Source of the DNA: Blepharisma stoltei ATCC 30299
Lineage: Eukaryota; Protista; Ciliophora
Reading direction: 5' to 3'
Assembly: GCA_965603825.1 (NCBI GenBank)
Contig: CBFDEM010000009.1
Span: forward strand, 124,001 to 188,000
Length of the DNA: 64,000 nt
The number at the start of each line of letters is the position of its first letter. Within the stretch, counting starts at the first letter, position 1. Under the pieces are notes generated by a model. That model ran no database searches. It saw only the letters and a list, made by a program, of their open reading frames with translations, and had not been told where the DNA came from. Positions 49,308 through 63,436 of the stretch are shown piece by piece. Made by a program: the position numbers and the translations under genes.

Positions 49308-52300
49308 ATGCTAATAAGGTCCTTTATTCTCATAGCTTTCGTGAGCTCGTTAAATCTACGCAAAGAATTAGGAAGTCTTTATTTAACAGAAGGTGAGGAA
49401 TATGAACTTCCTTTATCAGACTACTTTTCTGGAGACAACTTATCGTTTTCAATAGCAGATATCAACATGACTAATAACTCTGCAAGAATAGAAAATCAAT
49501 GCGATTTTCATCATTTATCTACAACTCCCTATGAAAAGCAAGAGAAATCTTGGCCCTCTTGGGATGCTCAGCCTATTGTAATGTGGCAAGATAAAAAGGT
49601 TCAAGCTATTGTGGGATTCAACCAAAATTATTTAGCTATTTATAAATTTTCGGTGTTAACAGAAGAAACAAAGCTTATTTGAAGTACAACTCTAAGTACA
49701 GAGCACAAAAATTCTCAAATTCAAGCAATTGCGCAACTGAGAGCTAGTCATGGTGACTATTGTCTGGCTGTATTAATAAAGCAGCAAGAAAGCAATGGTT
49801 TATGGAGAAATGATATATATATGATTAAAATGCAGGATAACAATATTTTCCACGACCCTGAAAAATTAAATTTAAATGAAATTACCTACGCTTCAAAAAT
49901 TGTAATGGGAAATGGAAGTTCGTATAAGTATTTTCCCATCTATTGCGAATTTCATAAAAACTCAAGCATTCCTAATGTTTTGTATATTTATGGAATAAGC
50001 AATTTTCAAGAGCCAATTTTAGTGCAAGCTATTTCAAATTATGAGAAAATAGCATCTATGAGTAGCCCTCTTTCTATAAGAAGTATCTTAAAAGCTGCTC
50101 AACATATGCACATTTTAGATTCAAATTATGGTGTAATTTCTTTTTATAAAACCTGACCGTTAGAAATTTTTGAAGAAGAATTAAACATAAATTTAAGTTA
50201 TTTCGGAGAACTTTATTCAATGGAATTTACAGATTTTGGAAAAATGATAGTAAAAGCTAGCTCAGGAATCATACTAATTGAAAGAGCGGGTGGAACGCTA
50301 GGGTTAAGAAGATTTTGGAAAAATCCAGAAAAAGACATATGAATCCAGGGATATGAACTTCAAAACTACTATTTCCTTCAATCGACTAGTGGAATATTGT
50401 CGATATTTTCCATATCTAAAGAAAATCAAGTCGAAGTTACTTATAAAATTAATTTGAAGAGCTTAGATAATCATGGTGATAGAAATATCCCACACATACT
50501 TTGTGATAGAGAAAAAAATTCATATTACTTCCAAAGATTTGAAGAAGAGGGACTTAAAGCTTATAGAATTAATTTAAAAGAATGAAAACTAAGAATTGTA
50601 GGAGACTTATTTTATGTAAAGGTTACAGCAAAAGACTATGATAGCCAAGAAATATCAGATATTTTAAACGTCATTTCAATTCCAAAAAATTCTGATAAGA
50701 TTTTTGCACTAGAAGAAGGGCGGCTAAAAGTGCCTGAGCCTATAGATCTATGAATAAGTGAAAAAAACTCAATGATATCATTCTCTCCTTCCACTTATTT
50801 TTCAGGACCAAACCTTACATATGAGTTTATTTTCCCGTTATCAGAAAAATTCAAATATGAAATTTCTAATCTAACCAGGCTAGAACTAGAAGAAAACATA
50901 ACCTCTCCTGATGGTCTTCGAAATTTTCTAGTTTCTGAATCAATATTTTATTATTTTTATGATAATAAAATTGACTTAGAAGGAATCAACTATTTCAGAA
51001 TCACTTTAAATATAACAAACCCAATAAAAATGTTGGAAAATGGTGGATATTATGCGGTTTATTCAAGTCCAAGTGAAAATATATTTCTTATATCAACCCT
51101 TTTGCCTGATACTCGAACGATGAAATTATTAGAAGAAATGGAATCAGAGATTGATTGCATGCTTTTTTATTTCTATAATAACTGATTACTATGTGGAAAT
51201 AGCGAAACAATTAATATTTATAATTGGAGTGGGTTTTGAAAAAAAGTATTTTCTTTAACTGAAATTATGGATCAAATTAATTTTAAGCTAGAAATAGTCG
51301 ATGCTTTCCTTAACAAGGATAATGGTTTTATTGATATACTTGACAGAAATTTTGGAGTATTTGCTATCAATATGTCTGAGAAGCAAATCTCAATTAAATT
51401 CGCATTAAAAACGAAAGGAATATTTAAAATTTTGATACTAGAAGAAAGAAAAATGGGGTTTATTTACAAAGACAAATTTGAAATTTATAATTACCTTTTT
51501 CAACTTGAAAAAACTATATTTTTTAAAGCAGTGGGGCCACTTACAAATGCTTTTGTGCATCGTTCCATTATTTTTATACAAATAGGCGCAATTTTTTATG
51601 TATACAATCCAAGTCTATTGTCACATGATGCATTAGTCTATTCATTTGAAATCCAGGACCCAGGGATCATTTCTTGTGGATGATATCGTTGAAATGAGTT
51701 ATTGATTACCAATTATAATCCAGATGCAAAACTTATTGAAATATACAAGAGCTCATTTCCAAGTAAGAAAGTTTTTCCTCCTGTTTATGAAATTAACATA
51801 ATTGCTGATGATATTGATAGTTTACAAAGCTCATGGTATCAAGAAAATTTTTCAGTGATTGCATATAATGCTCATGACAAAATGGAAGCCAATTTTTCAT
51901 TATTGTTGCACGTTGATGGGAACTTCCCATGAATAGAAAATGACAAATTAGTTATTCATGAAAATCTACCTTATAATAATAGGTTTGAGGTAGATTTAGG
52001 CGACTCATTTCATGGACAATATTTAAATATGAGCTTAAATATCAATGGAATTAATATTAATGATCAAACATCAGAAATTTTACCAGCATTCATACCGAAA
52101 AGAGTAGAAGTTGTAGGAGAGCATCAAGCAAAAAATAATTGAATGAAAGACCAAATTATTATTCCCCGCACAGAAATAGCTTTGATAGTCAGTGAAAATG
52201 GTTTTCTTTTTGTGAACTCAACAGGTTTTAACGATGAAAAAAAACTTTTGAATATTTCTGAACATACTAATCTCAAAAAGTTGACTTGCTCTTTGGTCGA

Positions 52301-53540
52301 ATCCTTTCCACATACAATTACAAATTTGTCTTTAATAGTTACATCTTGCACTTATCGAGCTTCAAGTGATCATCTTTTCGTAGAAACAGTGAAAGAATTT
52401 GCTCTCGAAAATGCACTTATTTTGTGGGAAATCGATTTTATTGGCTTAAAAATTACTAATTATAGCTTATTCAGTATTGCTGCAGGACCATGATGCTTGA
52501 AAATTGCTCCACTTACTGAACTTGACTTTGAACTAATGGTTGCCATGGGTGATAATGTCATTTCTGATTATAATGATGTTTTAAGATTTAGAGGAAAATG
52601 AATTGAAAATCTTATAAGCATTCAGCTTTTAGAAACTATAAATTTCCTTTCATTAGATGTTCCATCGTTTTCCCCTGTGTCACTTGATTACAAGGTAAAA
52701 AATTCTCAAACTTCTTACTGATATCTAGCAGACAAAAAATATGGAATTAGGGTTTTAGAAACTAGTAATAACCAAAAAAGCCATTTGGTAGGAGAGCTTC
52801 CATATCTACACCATCATAATTATTTTATATCATTTGGTATTTGTGGAAATATTTTATATGTTTCTTCATCTTTGTCAGCAATAGTGTCTTATAAGATAAA
52901 AGACTATATTTATTTTGAAAAAGACTCTGATTATAATGTTTTGAAAGGATCAGAAGGTATCTATATTGGAGCACATAGTCCTATTATATGTTCAATGGAT
53001 AATCGATATTTTGCAGTCCACACATTCAATTCAAAATCCTTATTTCTAACTATTTTTGATACAAAATCTCAAAGCAATTCGAATCTCTACCCTAACTTTT
53101 ATCTCTCTCTCCCTAATTTCGCTCCGGCGGTGCTAAAAACAAGATTTATTACTGAAAATGAAATTTCTGCAATTTTTTATTCTAGTTTTACATATAAAAG
53201 ACTCAAGGTAAACCAAAATTCTTTAATATTTCCAAGTATGTACAAAATGGAGTATAATGAAATGATAAGCAAATGGGGAACTGAGAATTTCAGCATTACA
53301 ATTTCTGCAGAAAATATGAACAATGCTGTTAATTCTTCCATAATTTATTTTACACGTGAGATAGATTCAGGGACTTTAGCTCAAAGCAATTTATTAGATT
53401 TTACCTATTGACTGATAAAATTTTTAATTCTTATTGCAATTCTAGCTGTTTTCGCAGCAAGCGTAAACTTTGCTAAAAGAATTGGGTCAAAGCATAAAAT
53501 AGTTCAAGCATATTTTGATGAAAAAGCATTGAAGGCATAA
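49308..53540 (+). CDS. Array gene A3: intact type-I membrane protein, 1410 aa
   Basis: All fragments are in one frame with TGA-only breaks; ends AYFDEKALKA*. Confidence 0.88.
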
Positions 53541-53889
53541 AATAAGAATTAATATTATTTTATAATAAATAATGATGACGCAAATTATTTTAGACTTAAA
53601 TTCTTAATTAACTGCATCAATATTTTTGGGCCTAAGTTTAGATTCAACAGCTTATTTTATTTAATTCATATTTTTCGCAAAATTGCAGTAGAAATTATGC
53701 AAATCTTAGTTTCCTGTAAGCTTAAAGCAGAGCACAATGCATTTGGATAAATTATGTAGCAATGTATTTGAATCATCTGTAAAAAATCATTAAACACTTT
53801 TCTAGCATCTAGAAAATTCATGGAAAACAATTTCGTTTCCATTGCGCTGTATTTCGAAATCATTAATCTTTAACTATTGAAATAATTAA

Positions 53890-56800
53890 ATGCTGGTGAG
53901 GTATTTATTTCTCTTTCCCACTGTACTTTCAATTATGATACAAAGGGAACTCGGATCAATTTACTTAACGGAAGGAGAATCTTATGAGCTATACTTATTA
54001 GACTATTTCAGTGGAAACAATCTATCTTTTGCAATCTCAGATTCCAATATGACAACTGGCTCAGCAATGCTTGAAAATAAATGCGAATTTGAGATGCTAG
54101 CATTCCTCCCATTTCAAAATTCAAGCTGAAATGAAACCTGAACCCATTCATCTCTCCAGCCTTTAATATCCTGAAAGCCGATTTTTGAATCATATGAAAT
54201 CATAATATGGTATAATCTTAAATATGTAGTTTTTTATAACTTCTTTTCAGAGAGAGGAGAAATTGAAATGCTTTGAAATGGATTTATTGACTCAGAGTAT
54301 CTAAGTCCTCAAATAGAAGATATTAAAATTTATTCAAGTGACCATGGCCAAATCTCTTACGCTCTAATATGAGTAAAGCAGCAGGAAAATGCTCTTATAT
54401 GGAGAAACGATTTTTATTATATGAATTTATCAAATTTATCAGCTCTAGTAAATCCAAAATGAGTAAACATCAGTGAAGCTACTTATGCCTCTAATATAAT
54501 CTTAACTCATGGGGCCATTAGCAGCATAACTTCTATTTATCTTGAATTCTCATCCTCACCTAGTGCAATTTATGTATATAATATAACAAACATTGAAGAG
54601 CCTATCCTTACTCAAGTAATATCAAAATATTATGGAATCTCAATAAACAAACTTTCAGTTGCTAGTATGTACATGGATTCTATCTATTTGTACGTTCTTG
54701 ATGCAAATTTTGGAGTTATTGGGTATAGTATGTTTAACTATCGGGGTAGATTTTTTACAGAATATGCATGAAATTATTATGGCTATGTTGGGACTCTCAG
54801 TTCTATGTGAAAATCTTATAATGACTGCCTGGGAGTAATTTCAAGCTCAGGAATATTGTTTGTCAAAAATTCGCTGCAGCAATTATCATTCAGTTTTCTG
54901 GGAGGGGAAGGAATGAATTGGGAGAATGGTTGCCTTCAAATTATTGAAGATTATTACTTCGTGCAGTCTATTAATGGAGTTTTATCAGTTGCTTTAAGCA
55001 GAGCACAGCCGCTTCAAATATTATATAATATTGATATAAGAAATCTAATTGGAGAAAGATTTGAAGCAACTGGACAATGGGGATTTTTTATAAATGAGGA
55101 TATATTTTATTTGAGGTTTGATATGGATGGCTTAAGGATTTATAAAGCATACTTAGAAGAATGAAGAATTAAAATTTGGGGAAATTCAACTTACCATATC
55201 CAAATCACTGCAAAAGATCAAAATGATGACATAATTTCCAATAATTTATATGTCAACTCAATTCCTCAAAAATCACAAGAAATTTTGCAAATTGACATGT
55301 ATCGGCCAACTTCCATTTCTCCTATCGAATTGATAGCTGACGGACAAAATGGAACCTCATTTTCTATAGTTTTGAATGATTATTTTTCGGGTCCAAATCT
55401 TGAATTCACAATAGTTGATCTTCCCGACTTAAATACTGCTAGTTTCGAAATCATTAGTATGAACAAACTGAAATTATATCAAAATGTTTCTCTGTCAAGC
55501 AACATTACAAATTTTGTAATTTCTGGAGAAAATATCGTATCTTTTTATGATGATAAAGTTATTATAGTTGATCGAAATGATGACGATATAATTATAGATG
55601 TTACCAATCCAATAAAATTTTTATGAAGCAGAGACTACATCATATATTCTAAACCAAATCAGAATTCGTTTTTAATTAGCACATATCTTTCTTTTGAAGG
55701 AAAAATTCAGGACATTCCATCTGAAATAGATTGTATTTTCTTTTTAATTACTAATTGGAATCTTATATGCGCAGATTCGCATCAAATTGACATATATTAC
55801 AATAATGATACCTATTACTATGCTCCATTGGTTACTTTAACTGGTGAGCAATTTGAAAAAGGCTCTTCTTGAAATATAACAGATCTAACGGTATCTTTCT
55901 CAACCCCATCTATACTTTACATTTATATAATAGATAATGATTTAGGTGCAGTTATTATAGACTTAAAAAGTATAATTGAAACAACTGAACCTTATAATTA
56001 TTATGGAAAAGTATCAGGTGCTAAAAATGCTATAAATACAGGAAGTGAAATTTGTTTTGTTTTTGAAAATTTCATTGAGATATATGGATATTCTTTAGAA
56101 TATTCGAAAACAATTTTGACAAATATATATGAGCCTATTGTTGGAACATATGGAGAGTCAAATATGATTTATTTGATAACTAGTAGTGCTTTATATATCT
56201 TTGATAGCGGCCAGCCCTCACATAATTCTTTATTTTATACATTGCCTATTAGCAATCCAAGCCTGCTATCATTTGGGTTATTTAACTGAGGAGATATGAG
56301 AATTGCTAATTTCAATCCTGATAAGCACTATGTTGAAATCTATACAAGCCCATGCCCTAATAAAGAATTCAATGAGGGATGCTCATTTTATTATGAATTT
56401 TATATGCACATTGGCAACTCTGATTACTTAAAAGACTTTTCTTTGCAAACAAGCATTTCAATAGCTGCATTTAATAAAGAAAATTTATTAAAAGAAACTT
56501 TCCCTATAAATTTGATAATTAACGGAAATTTCCCTTGGTATAAAGAAGAAAATTGAGAAAATAATAAAAATATTCCATATAATGAGAGATACGAATTAGA
56601 TTTAAGTAAATTTTTTGAGGGGCAAAATATTTTGATGGCTTTGTCTGTTAATGGAAATTACTCTTTCAATGAAACAGTAGATAACTGGCCTGCAGTCATT
56701 CCTCAGCGAACTGAATTACTGGGAAGATACGATTTGAATAAACATTATGGTAAGACTAATCATATTATTATACCCAATACAGAGATCGCTGTAATATTGT

Positions 56801-58164
56801 CTTTTTCTGAATTATTCATAATCGATGCTACTGGGTTGACGAATAAAGCTTTGGTTTTGAACTTAACTGAGATTTCAAATATTACAGATTTGATATGCAA
56901 CTTTATGGAAGTTTTCCCTCACACACAAAATAATCTCGCTTTATTAATAACATCATGCATTTATAGAATTCCAGAAATAATTGAATATAAAAGCACAACC
57001 ACCTATATTTCGGAATTTGCTTATGGTATTGCTCTATGAGAGTTAGATTATATAAATTTTGAAATAATTAAATACAAACTCCTTAATACATATAGCGATC
57101 ACAATTATCTAAAAGTTGCCCCTCTTGATGCTCAAAGTTTCGAGATTTTGGCTTTTTATATTGACGATACAACTCAAAATTATATAAATAACATTTAAAG
57201 ATTTAATGGAAGATGAGAGATTAATGATATTAGCATTAGTCAATGTGAAGTCATAAATTATTTTTCTTTGGGTTTAAATTCATTCTATGCTCTTCTCGCT
57301 GAATTCATTGTGAAAGACTCTGAAACTGTTTATTGATATATAATAGACAACCAATATGGAATAAGAATTATACAAACTACTAAAAGCTCTCCAAGTATCT
57401 TAGTAGGTGGACTTTATATCGAACTCCAATATTACTTTGTAAATTTTGGCTTATGAGGAGATGCACTTTATATAGCATCTGGAGGATGAATGAAATCATT
57501 TAAATTAAGATCTTACACTAGATTAGAAGAAGATTTGAATTATGGTGCTTACGAGTTGCCAGGATTTAATTATTTATTTGTGCTAAATAATGCTGTTTCT
57601 TCAAAAGATAATAGATACATTGCATGCCCTGTTTGAAGGAGCGATCTAGGGTTATTAATTAGAATATGAGACACAAATGCAAAGAATTCATCTAATATTA
57701 TATCAGAAATCTATGCCTCACAATTGTATACTCTTATATATCCAGTCAGCATGCAGTTTATTGGAAATTCAATACTTACACTCTATATTAGTTATGGAAA
57801 TGAATATTGAAGTTATAAAATTAATGAAAATTATTTGATATTCCCTAAAATGAGCAAAGAAGAGTACTCAGAAATGACTAATTTGTGGGGAACAAACTCG
57901 TTTTATTTGTATATTATTGCAGAAAATGCCAATGGAGAGGTTGCCTCTAAGTATCTTTATTTTAATAGAGAGGTCAGAGGAAAGAAAAGTGATAATTATT
58001 GATGGATTTGGGTTTTAGTTTCTATAGCAATTGTTGCTTGCATCATTGGAGGGGGGCTTTATATTAGGAAACTGTTGAAAGCCCATAGACGTCGATCTTT
58101 AGAGTTAATTCTTATGAGAGAAATTCATAATAAAGAGGGTTTACAAGACACAGAGCTAAATTAA
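53890..58164 (+). pseudogene. Array gene B4: full-length frame with a single nonsense codon (TAA 57196-57198; TAC in B2/B3); would give a 1102-aa TM-less product
   Basis: No frameshifts seen; downstream TM and tail preserved. Confidence 0.75.
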
Positions 58165-58935
58165 TTGCTTTGCAAAGCCATTAAGCAAATTTAATCTTAG
58201 TAGTAATATAGCTAGATAATGTTTGGCTGATTCAGGCAGTTTCTTTTCACTTGTATTTGTAGATTTAAAGAAAAAACCCTATTTTTATTGAAGAAGATTC
58301 GAGCTTATATATTTTCAAAGAGCCTACTCTTCTATTACACAAATATTGCATATTCAAGTATCTTATAGATTTATTTTTATACTAAAATTTAAAAACATAT
58401 TTTAATGGTATAAGGCTTCTGAACCGACTGTTTCTTAAAGTATTTATAAGAAACCTGACCAAGTATAGCCTTTCAAACTTATTCTTAGATGTGCATTATG
58501 CCAGGTAGATATCGGATCTATGTTTATGAAATTTATACTAATTTAGATTTACAAAAGTGATTATTTTTACTTTATAGTTAATTTTCTTATAAAATGATAC
58601 ATTAAAAGGCATTAAGGCTATATTTTAATGCTTGAGAAAAATTATAATAATCACTTAAATGCATCAATAATTATTATTTTAGTGTAATAAGCCTCGTTTA
58701 TATACAAGTTTTCATAATTGCGTATGAGAGTTTTCTGTAATTTTTGGTTGTTCGCAAGACAATAAATTAGCATACTCATAAATTTAAAGCTATATAGTTG
58801 AGCTACTAGTTAAAATTGTAAAAAAAATAAATTCCATTGAAATAAGCATATTTAAATAAAAAAGAATTTTCTTTTAAATTATTCACCATTTGATTAGCAT
58901 TTAAATCACCTCATTCATCGACTTTAATTTAATAA

Positions 58936-61900
58936 ATGCTAATAAGCTCTTTTATTCTCGTAGCATTCGTGAGCTCGTTAAATCTACGCAAAGAATTAGG
59001 GAGTCTTTATTTAACAGAAGGTGAGCCATATGATCTTCTTTTATCAGACTACTTTTCTGGAGACAACTTATCGTTTTCAATAGCAGACACCAACATGACT
59101 AATAATTCTGCAAGAATAGAAAATCAATGCAATTTTCATCATTTATCTACGATTCCATATGAAAAGCTAGAGAAATCTTTGCCCTCTTGGGATACTCAGC
59201 CTGCTGTAATGTGGCAAGATATACAGGTTCAAGTTATTGTGGGATTCAACCATAATTATTTAGCTGTTTATAAATTTTCGGTGTTAAAGAAGAAACAAAG
59301 CTTATTTGAAGTACAACTCTAAGTACAGAGCACAAAAATTCTCAAATTCAAGCAATTGCGCAACTGAGAGGTAGCCGTGGTGACAATTATCTGGCTGTAT
59401 TAATAAAACAGCAAGAAAGCAATGGTTTATGAAGAAATGATATGTATATGATTAAAATTCAGGATAACTATATTTTCCACGACCCTGAAAAATTAAATTT
59501 AAATGAAATTACCTACGCTTCAAAAATTGTAATGGGGCATGGAAGTATGCATAAGTATTTTCCCATCTATTGCGAATTTCATAAAAATTCAAGTATTCCT
59601 AATGTTTTGTATATTTATGAAATAAGTAATTTTCATGAACCTATTTTAGTGCAAGCTATTTCAAATTATGAGAAAATAGTATTATGAGCAGCTCTCTTTC
59701 TATAAGAAGTATCTTAACAGCAACTCAATATATATATATTTTAGATTCAAATTATGGTGTTATTTCTTTTTATAAAACCTGCCCATTAGAAATTTTTGAA
59801 GAAGAATTAAACATAAATTTAAGTTATTTCGGAGAGCTTTATTCAATGGAGTTTACAGATTTTTGAAAAATGATAATAAAAGCTAGCTCAGGAATCATAC
59901 TAATTGAAAGAACGGGTGGAACGCTAGGGTTAAGAAGATTTTTGAAAAATCCAGAAAAAGACATATGAATCCAGGGATATGAATTTCAAAACTACTATTT
60001 CCTTCAATCGGCTAGTGGAATATTGTCGATATTGTCCATATCTAAAGAAAATCAAGTCGAAGTCACTTATAAAATTAATTTGAAGAGTTTCGATAATAAA
60101 ATCCCACACATATTATGTGATAGAGAAAAAAATTCATATTACTTCCAAAGATTTGAAGAAGAGGGACTTAGAGCTTATAGAATTAATTTAAAAGAATGAA
60201 AACTAAAAATAGCTGGAGGCTTATTTTATGTAAAGGTTACAGCGAAAGACAATGATAGTTAAGAAATATCAGATATTTTAAACGTCATTTCAATTCCAAA
60301 AAATTCTGATAGGATTTTGGCACTAGAAGAAGGGCGAATAAAAGTGCCTGAGCCTATAGATTTACAAATAAATGAAAAAAACTCAATGATATTATTCTCT
60401 CCCTCCATTTATTTTTCAGGACCAAACCTTACATATGAGTTTATTTTCCCATATTCAGAAAAATTCAAATATGAGATTCTAATCTAACCAGGCTAGAATT
60501 AGAAGAAAGCAGAACCTCTCCTGATGGTCTTCGAAATTTTCTAGTTGCTGAATCAATACTTTATTATTTTTATGATAATAAAATTGAATTAGAGGGAAAG
60601 TATGATTTCAGAGTCACTTTAAATATAACAAGCCCAATAAGAATGTTGGAAAATAGTGGATACTATGTGGTTTATTCAAGTCCAAGTGATAATATATTTC
60701 TTATATCAACCCTTTTATCTGATGCTCGAACGCTGAATTTATTAGATGAAATGGAATCAGAGATTGATTGCATGTTTTTTGATTTCTATAATAATTGATT
60801 ATTTATATTTGGAGTGGGTTTTGAAAAAAAGTATTTTCTTTAACTGAAATTATGGATCAAATTAATTTTAAGTTAGAAATAGCTGATGCTTTTCTTAGCA
60901 AGGATAATGGCTTTATTTATATACTTGACAGAAATTTTGGAGCATTTGCTATCAGTATTTTTAAGATGAATAACTTAATTAAATTCGCATTAAAAACGAA
61001 AGGAATATTAAAATTTTGATACTAGAAGAAAGAAAAATGGGGCTTATTTACAAAGACAAAGCTGAAGTTTATAATTATCTTTTTCAACTCGAAAAAACTA
61101 TATTTTTTAAAACAGTGGGACCACTTACAAATGCTTTTGTGTATCAATCCATTATTTTTATACAGATAGGTACAGTTTTTTATGTATACAATCCTAGTCT
61201 ATTGTCACATGATGCATTGGTCTATTCATTTGAAATCCAAAGCCCAGGAATCATTTCTTGTGGATGATATCGTTGAAATGAGTTATTGATTACCAATTAT
61301 AATCCAGATGCAAAACTTATTGAAATATACAAGAACTCATTTCCAAGTAAAAAGGTTTTCCCTCCTGTTTATGAAATTAACATAATTGCTGATGATATTG
61401 ATAGTTTACAGAGCTTATGCTATAATGAAAGTTTTTCAGTGATTGCATATAATGCCCATGACAAAATGGAAGCCAATTTTTCATTATTGTTGCACGTTGA
61501 TGGGAACTTCCCATGAATAGAAAATGACAAATTAGTTCTTCATGAAAATCTACCTTATACTAATAGATTTGAGGTAGATTTAAGCGACTCATTTCATGGA
61601 CAATATTTAAATATGAGTTTGAATATCAATGAAATTAATATTCATGATCAAACATCAGAAATTTTACCAGCTTTCGTACCGAAAAGAGTAGAAGTTGTAG
61701 GAGAATATGAAGCAAAAAATAACTGAATGAAAGACCATATTATTCTTCCCCACACAGAAATAGCTTTGATAGTCAGTGAAAATGGTTTTCTTTTTGTGAA
61801 CTCAAAAGGTTTTAACGATGAAGAAAAATTTTTGAATATTTCTGAACATACTAATCTCAAAAACTTGGCTTGCTCTTTAGTCGAATCCTTTCCACATACA

Positions 61901-63089
61901 ATTAAAAATTTGGCATTAATAGTTACATCTTGCACTTATCGAGCTCCAAGTGATCATCTTTTTGTGAAAACAGTGAGAGAATTTGCTCTCAAAAATGCAC
62001 TTATTTTGTGGGAAATCGATTTTATTAGCTTAAAAATTACTAATTATAGCGTATTCAGTATTGCTGTAGGACCATGATGCTTGAAAATTGCTCCGCTTAC
62101 TGAGATAATGGTTGCAATGGGTGATAATAGCATATTTGATTATAATGATGTTTTAAGATTTAGAGGAAAATGAATTGAAAATCTCATAACTATTGAGCTT
62201 TTAGAAACTATAAATTTTCTTTCATTAGATATTCCATCGCTTTCCCCTGTGTCACTTGATTACAAAGTAAAAAATTCTCAAACTTCTTACTGATATCTAG
62301 CAGACAAAAATTATGGAATTAGGGTTTTAGAAACGAATAATAACCAAAAAAGCCGTTTGGTAGGAGAGCTTCCAATCTACATCATCATAACTATTTCATA
62401 CCATTTGGTCTTTGTGGAGATATTTTATATGTTTCTTCATCTATGTCAGCAATAGTGTCTTATAAGATAAAAGAATACATTTATTTTGAAAAAGACTCTG
62501 ATTATAATGTTTTGAAAGGATCAGAAGGTATCTATATTGGAGCACATAGTCCTATTATATGTTCAATGGATAATCGATATTTTTCAGTGCACACATTCAA
62601 TTCAGATACAAAATCTCAAATCAATTCGAATCTCTACCCTAACTTTTATCTCTCTCTCTCACTAATCTCGCTCCGAAAATGCTAAAAGCAAGATTTATCA
62701 CCGAAAATGAAATTTCTGCAATTTTTTATTCTAGTTTTACATATAAAAGACTCAAGATAAATCAAAATTCTTTAATATTTCCAAATATGAACAGAATTGA
62801 GTATAATGAAATGATAAATGAATGGGGAACTGAGAATTTCAGCATTACAATTTCTGCAGAAAATATGAACAATGCTGTTAATTCTTCGATCATTTATTTT
62901 ACACGCGAGATAAATGCAGAGACTTTGGCTCAAAGCAATTTATTAGATTTTACCTATTGACTGGCAAGATTTTTAATTCTTATTGCAATTTTAGCTTTTT
63001 TCACAGCAAGCGTAAACTTTGCTAAAAGAATTGGGTCAAAGCATAAAATAGTTCAAACATATTTTGATGAAAAAGCATTGAAGGCATAA
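58936..63089 (+). pseudogene. Pseudo-A4: full-length relic with multiple frameshifts, deletions and a stop
   Basis: Indels near 59287, 59680, 60476, 60803, 61008, 62103, 62374, 62606, 62660; TAA at ~60260. Confidence 0.92.
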
Positions 63090-63436
63090 AATAAGAATTA
63101 ATATTATTTTATAATAAATAATGATGACTCAAATTATTTTAGACTTAAATTCTTAATTATCTGCATCAAGATTTTTGAGGCTACGTTTTAGATTCAGCAG
63201 CTTATTTTATTTAATTACTATTTTTTCACCAAATTGTAGTAGTAATTGAAAATCTTAGTTCCTGTAAGCCTAAAGCAGGACACAATACATTTGGATAAAT
63301 AATATAGCAATGTATTTGAGTCATCTGTAAAAAATCACTAAATATTTTCTAGCATCTAGAAAATTCATAGAAAACAATTTCATTTCGATTGAATTGTCTT
63401 TCGAAATCATTAAACTTTAACTATTAAAATAATTAA

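Noticed and set aside
45788-57198. TAA read-through (Gln/Tyr or context-dependent code) rescuing A2 and B4
   Set aside because: No conserved gene here has an internal TAA/TAG outside introns; the three TAAs align to Phe, His and Tyr, not one residue, and no 15-nt GT-AG intron covers them.
33256-61935. Recurrent minus-strand ORF MQDVTI... (33256, 44683, 52124, 61648) as a conserved antisense gene
   Set aside because: It recurs only because the A gene is duplicated; it has a GTG start and variable stop positions.
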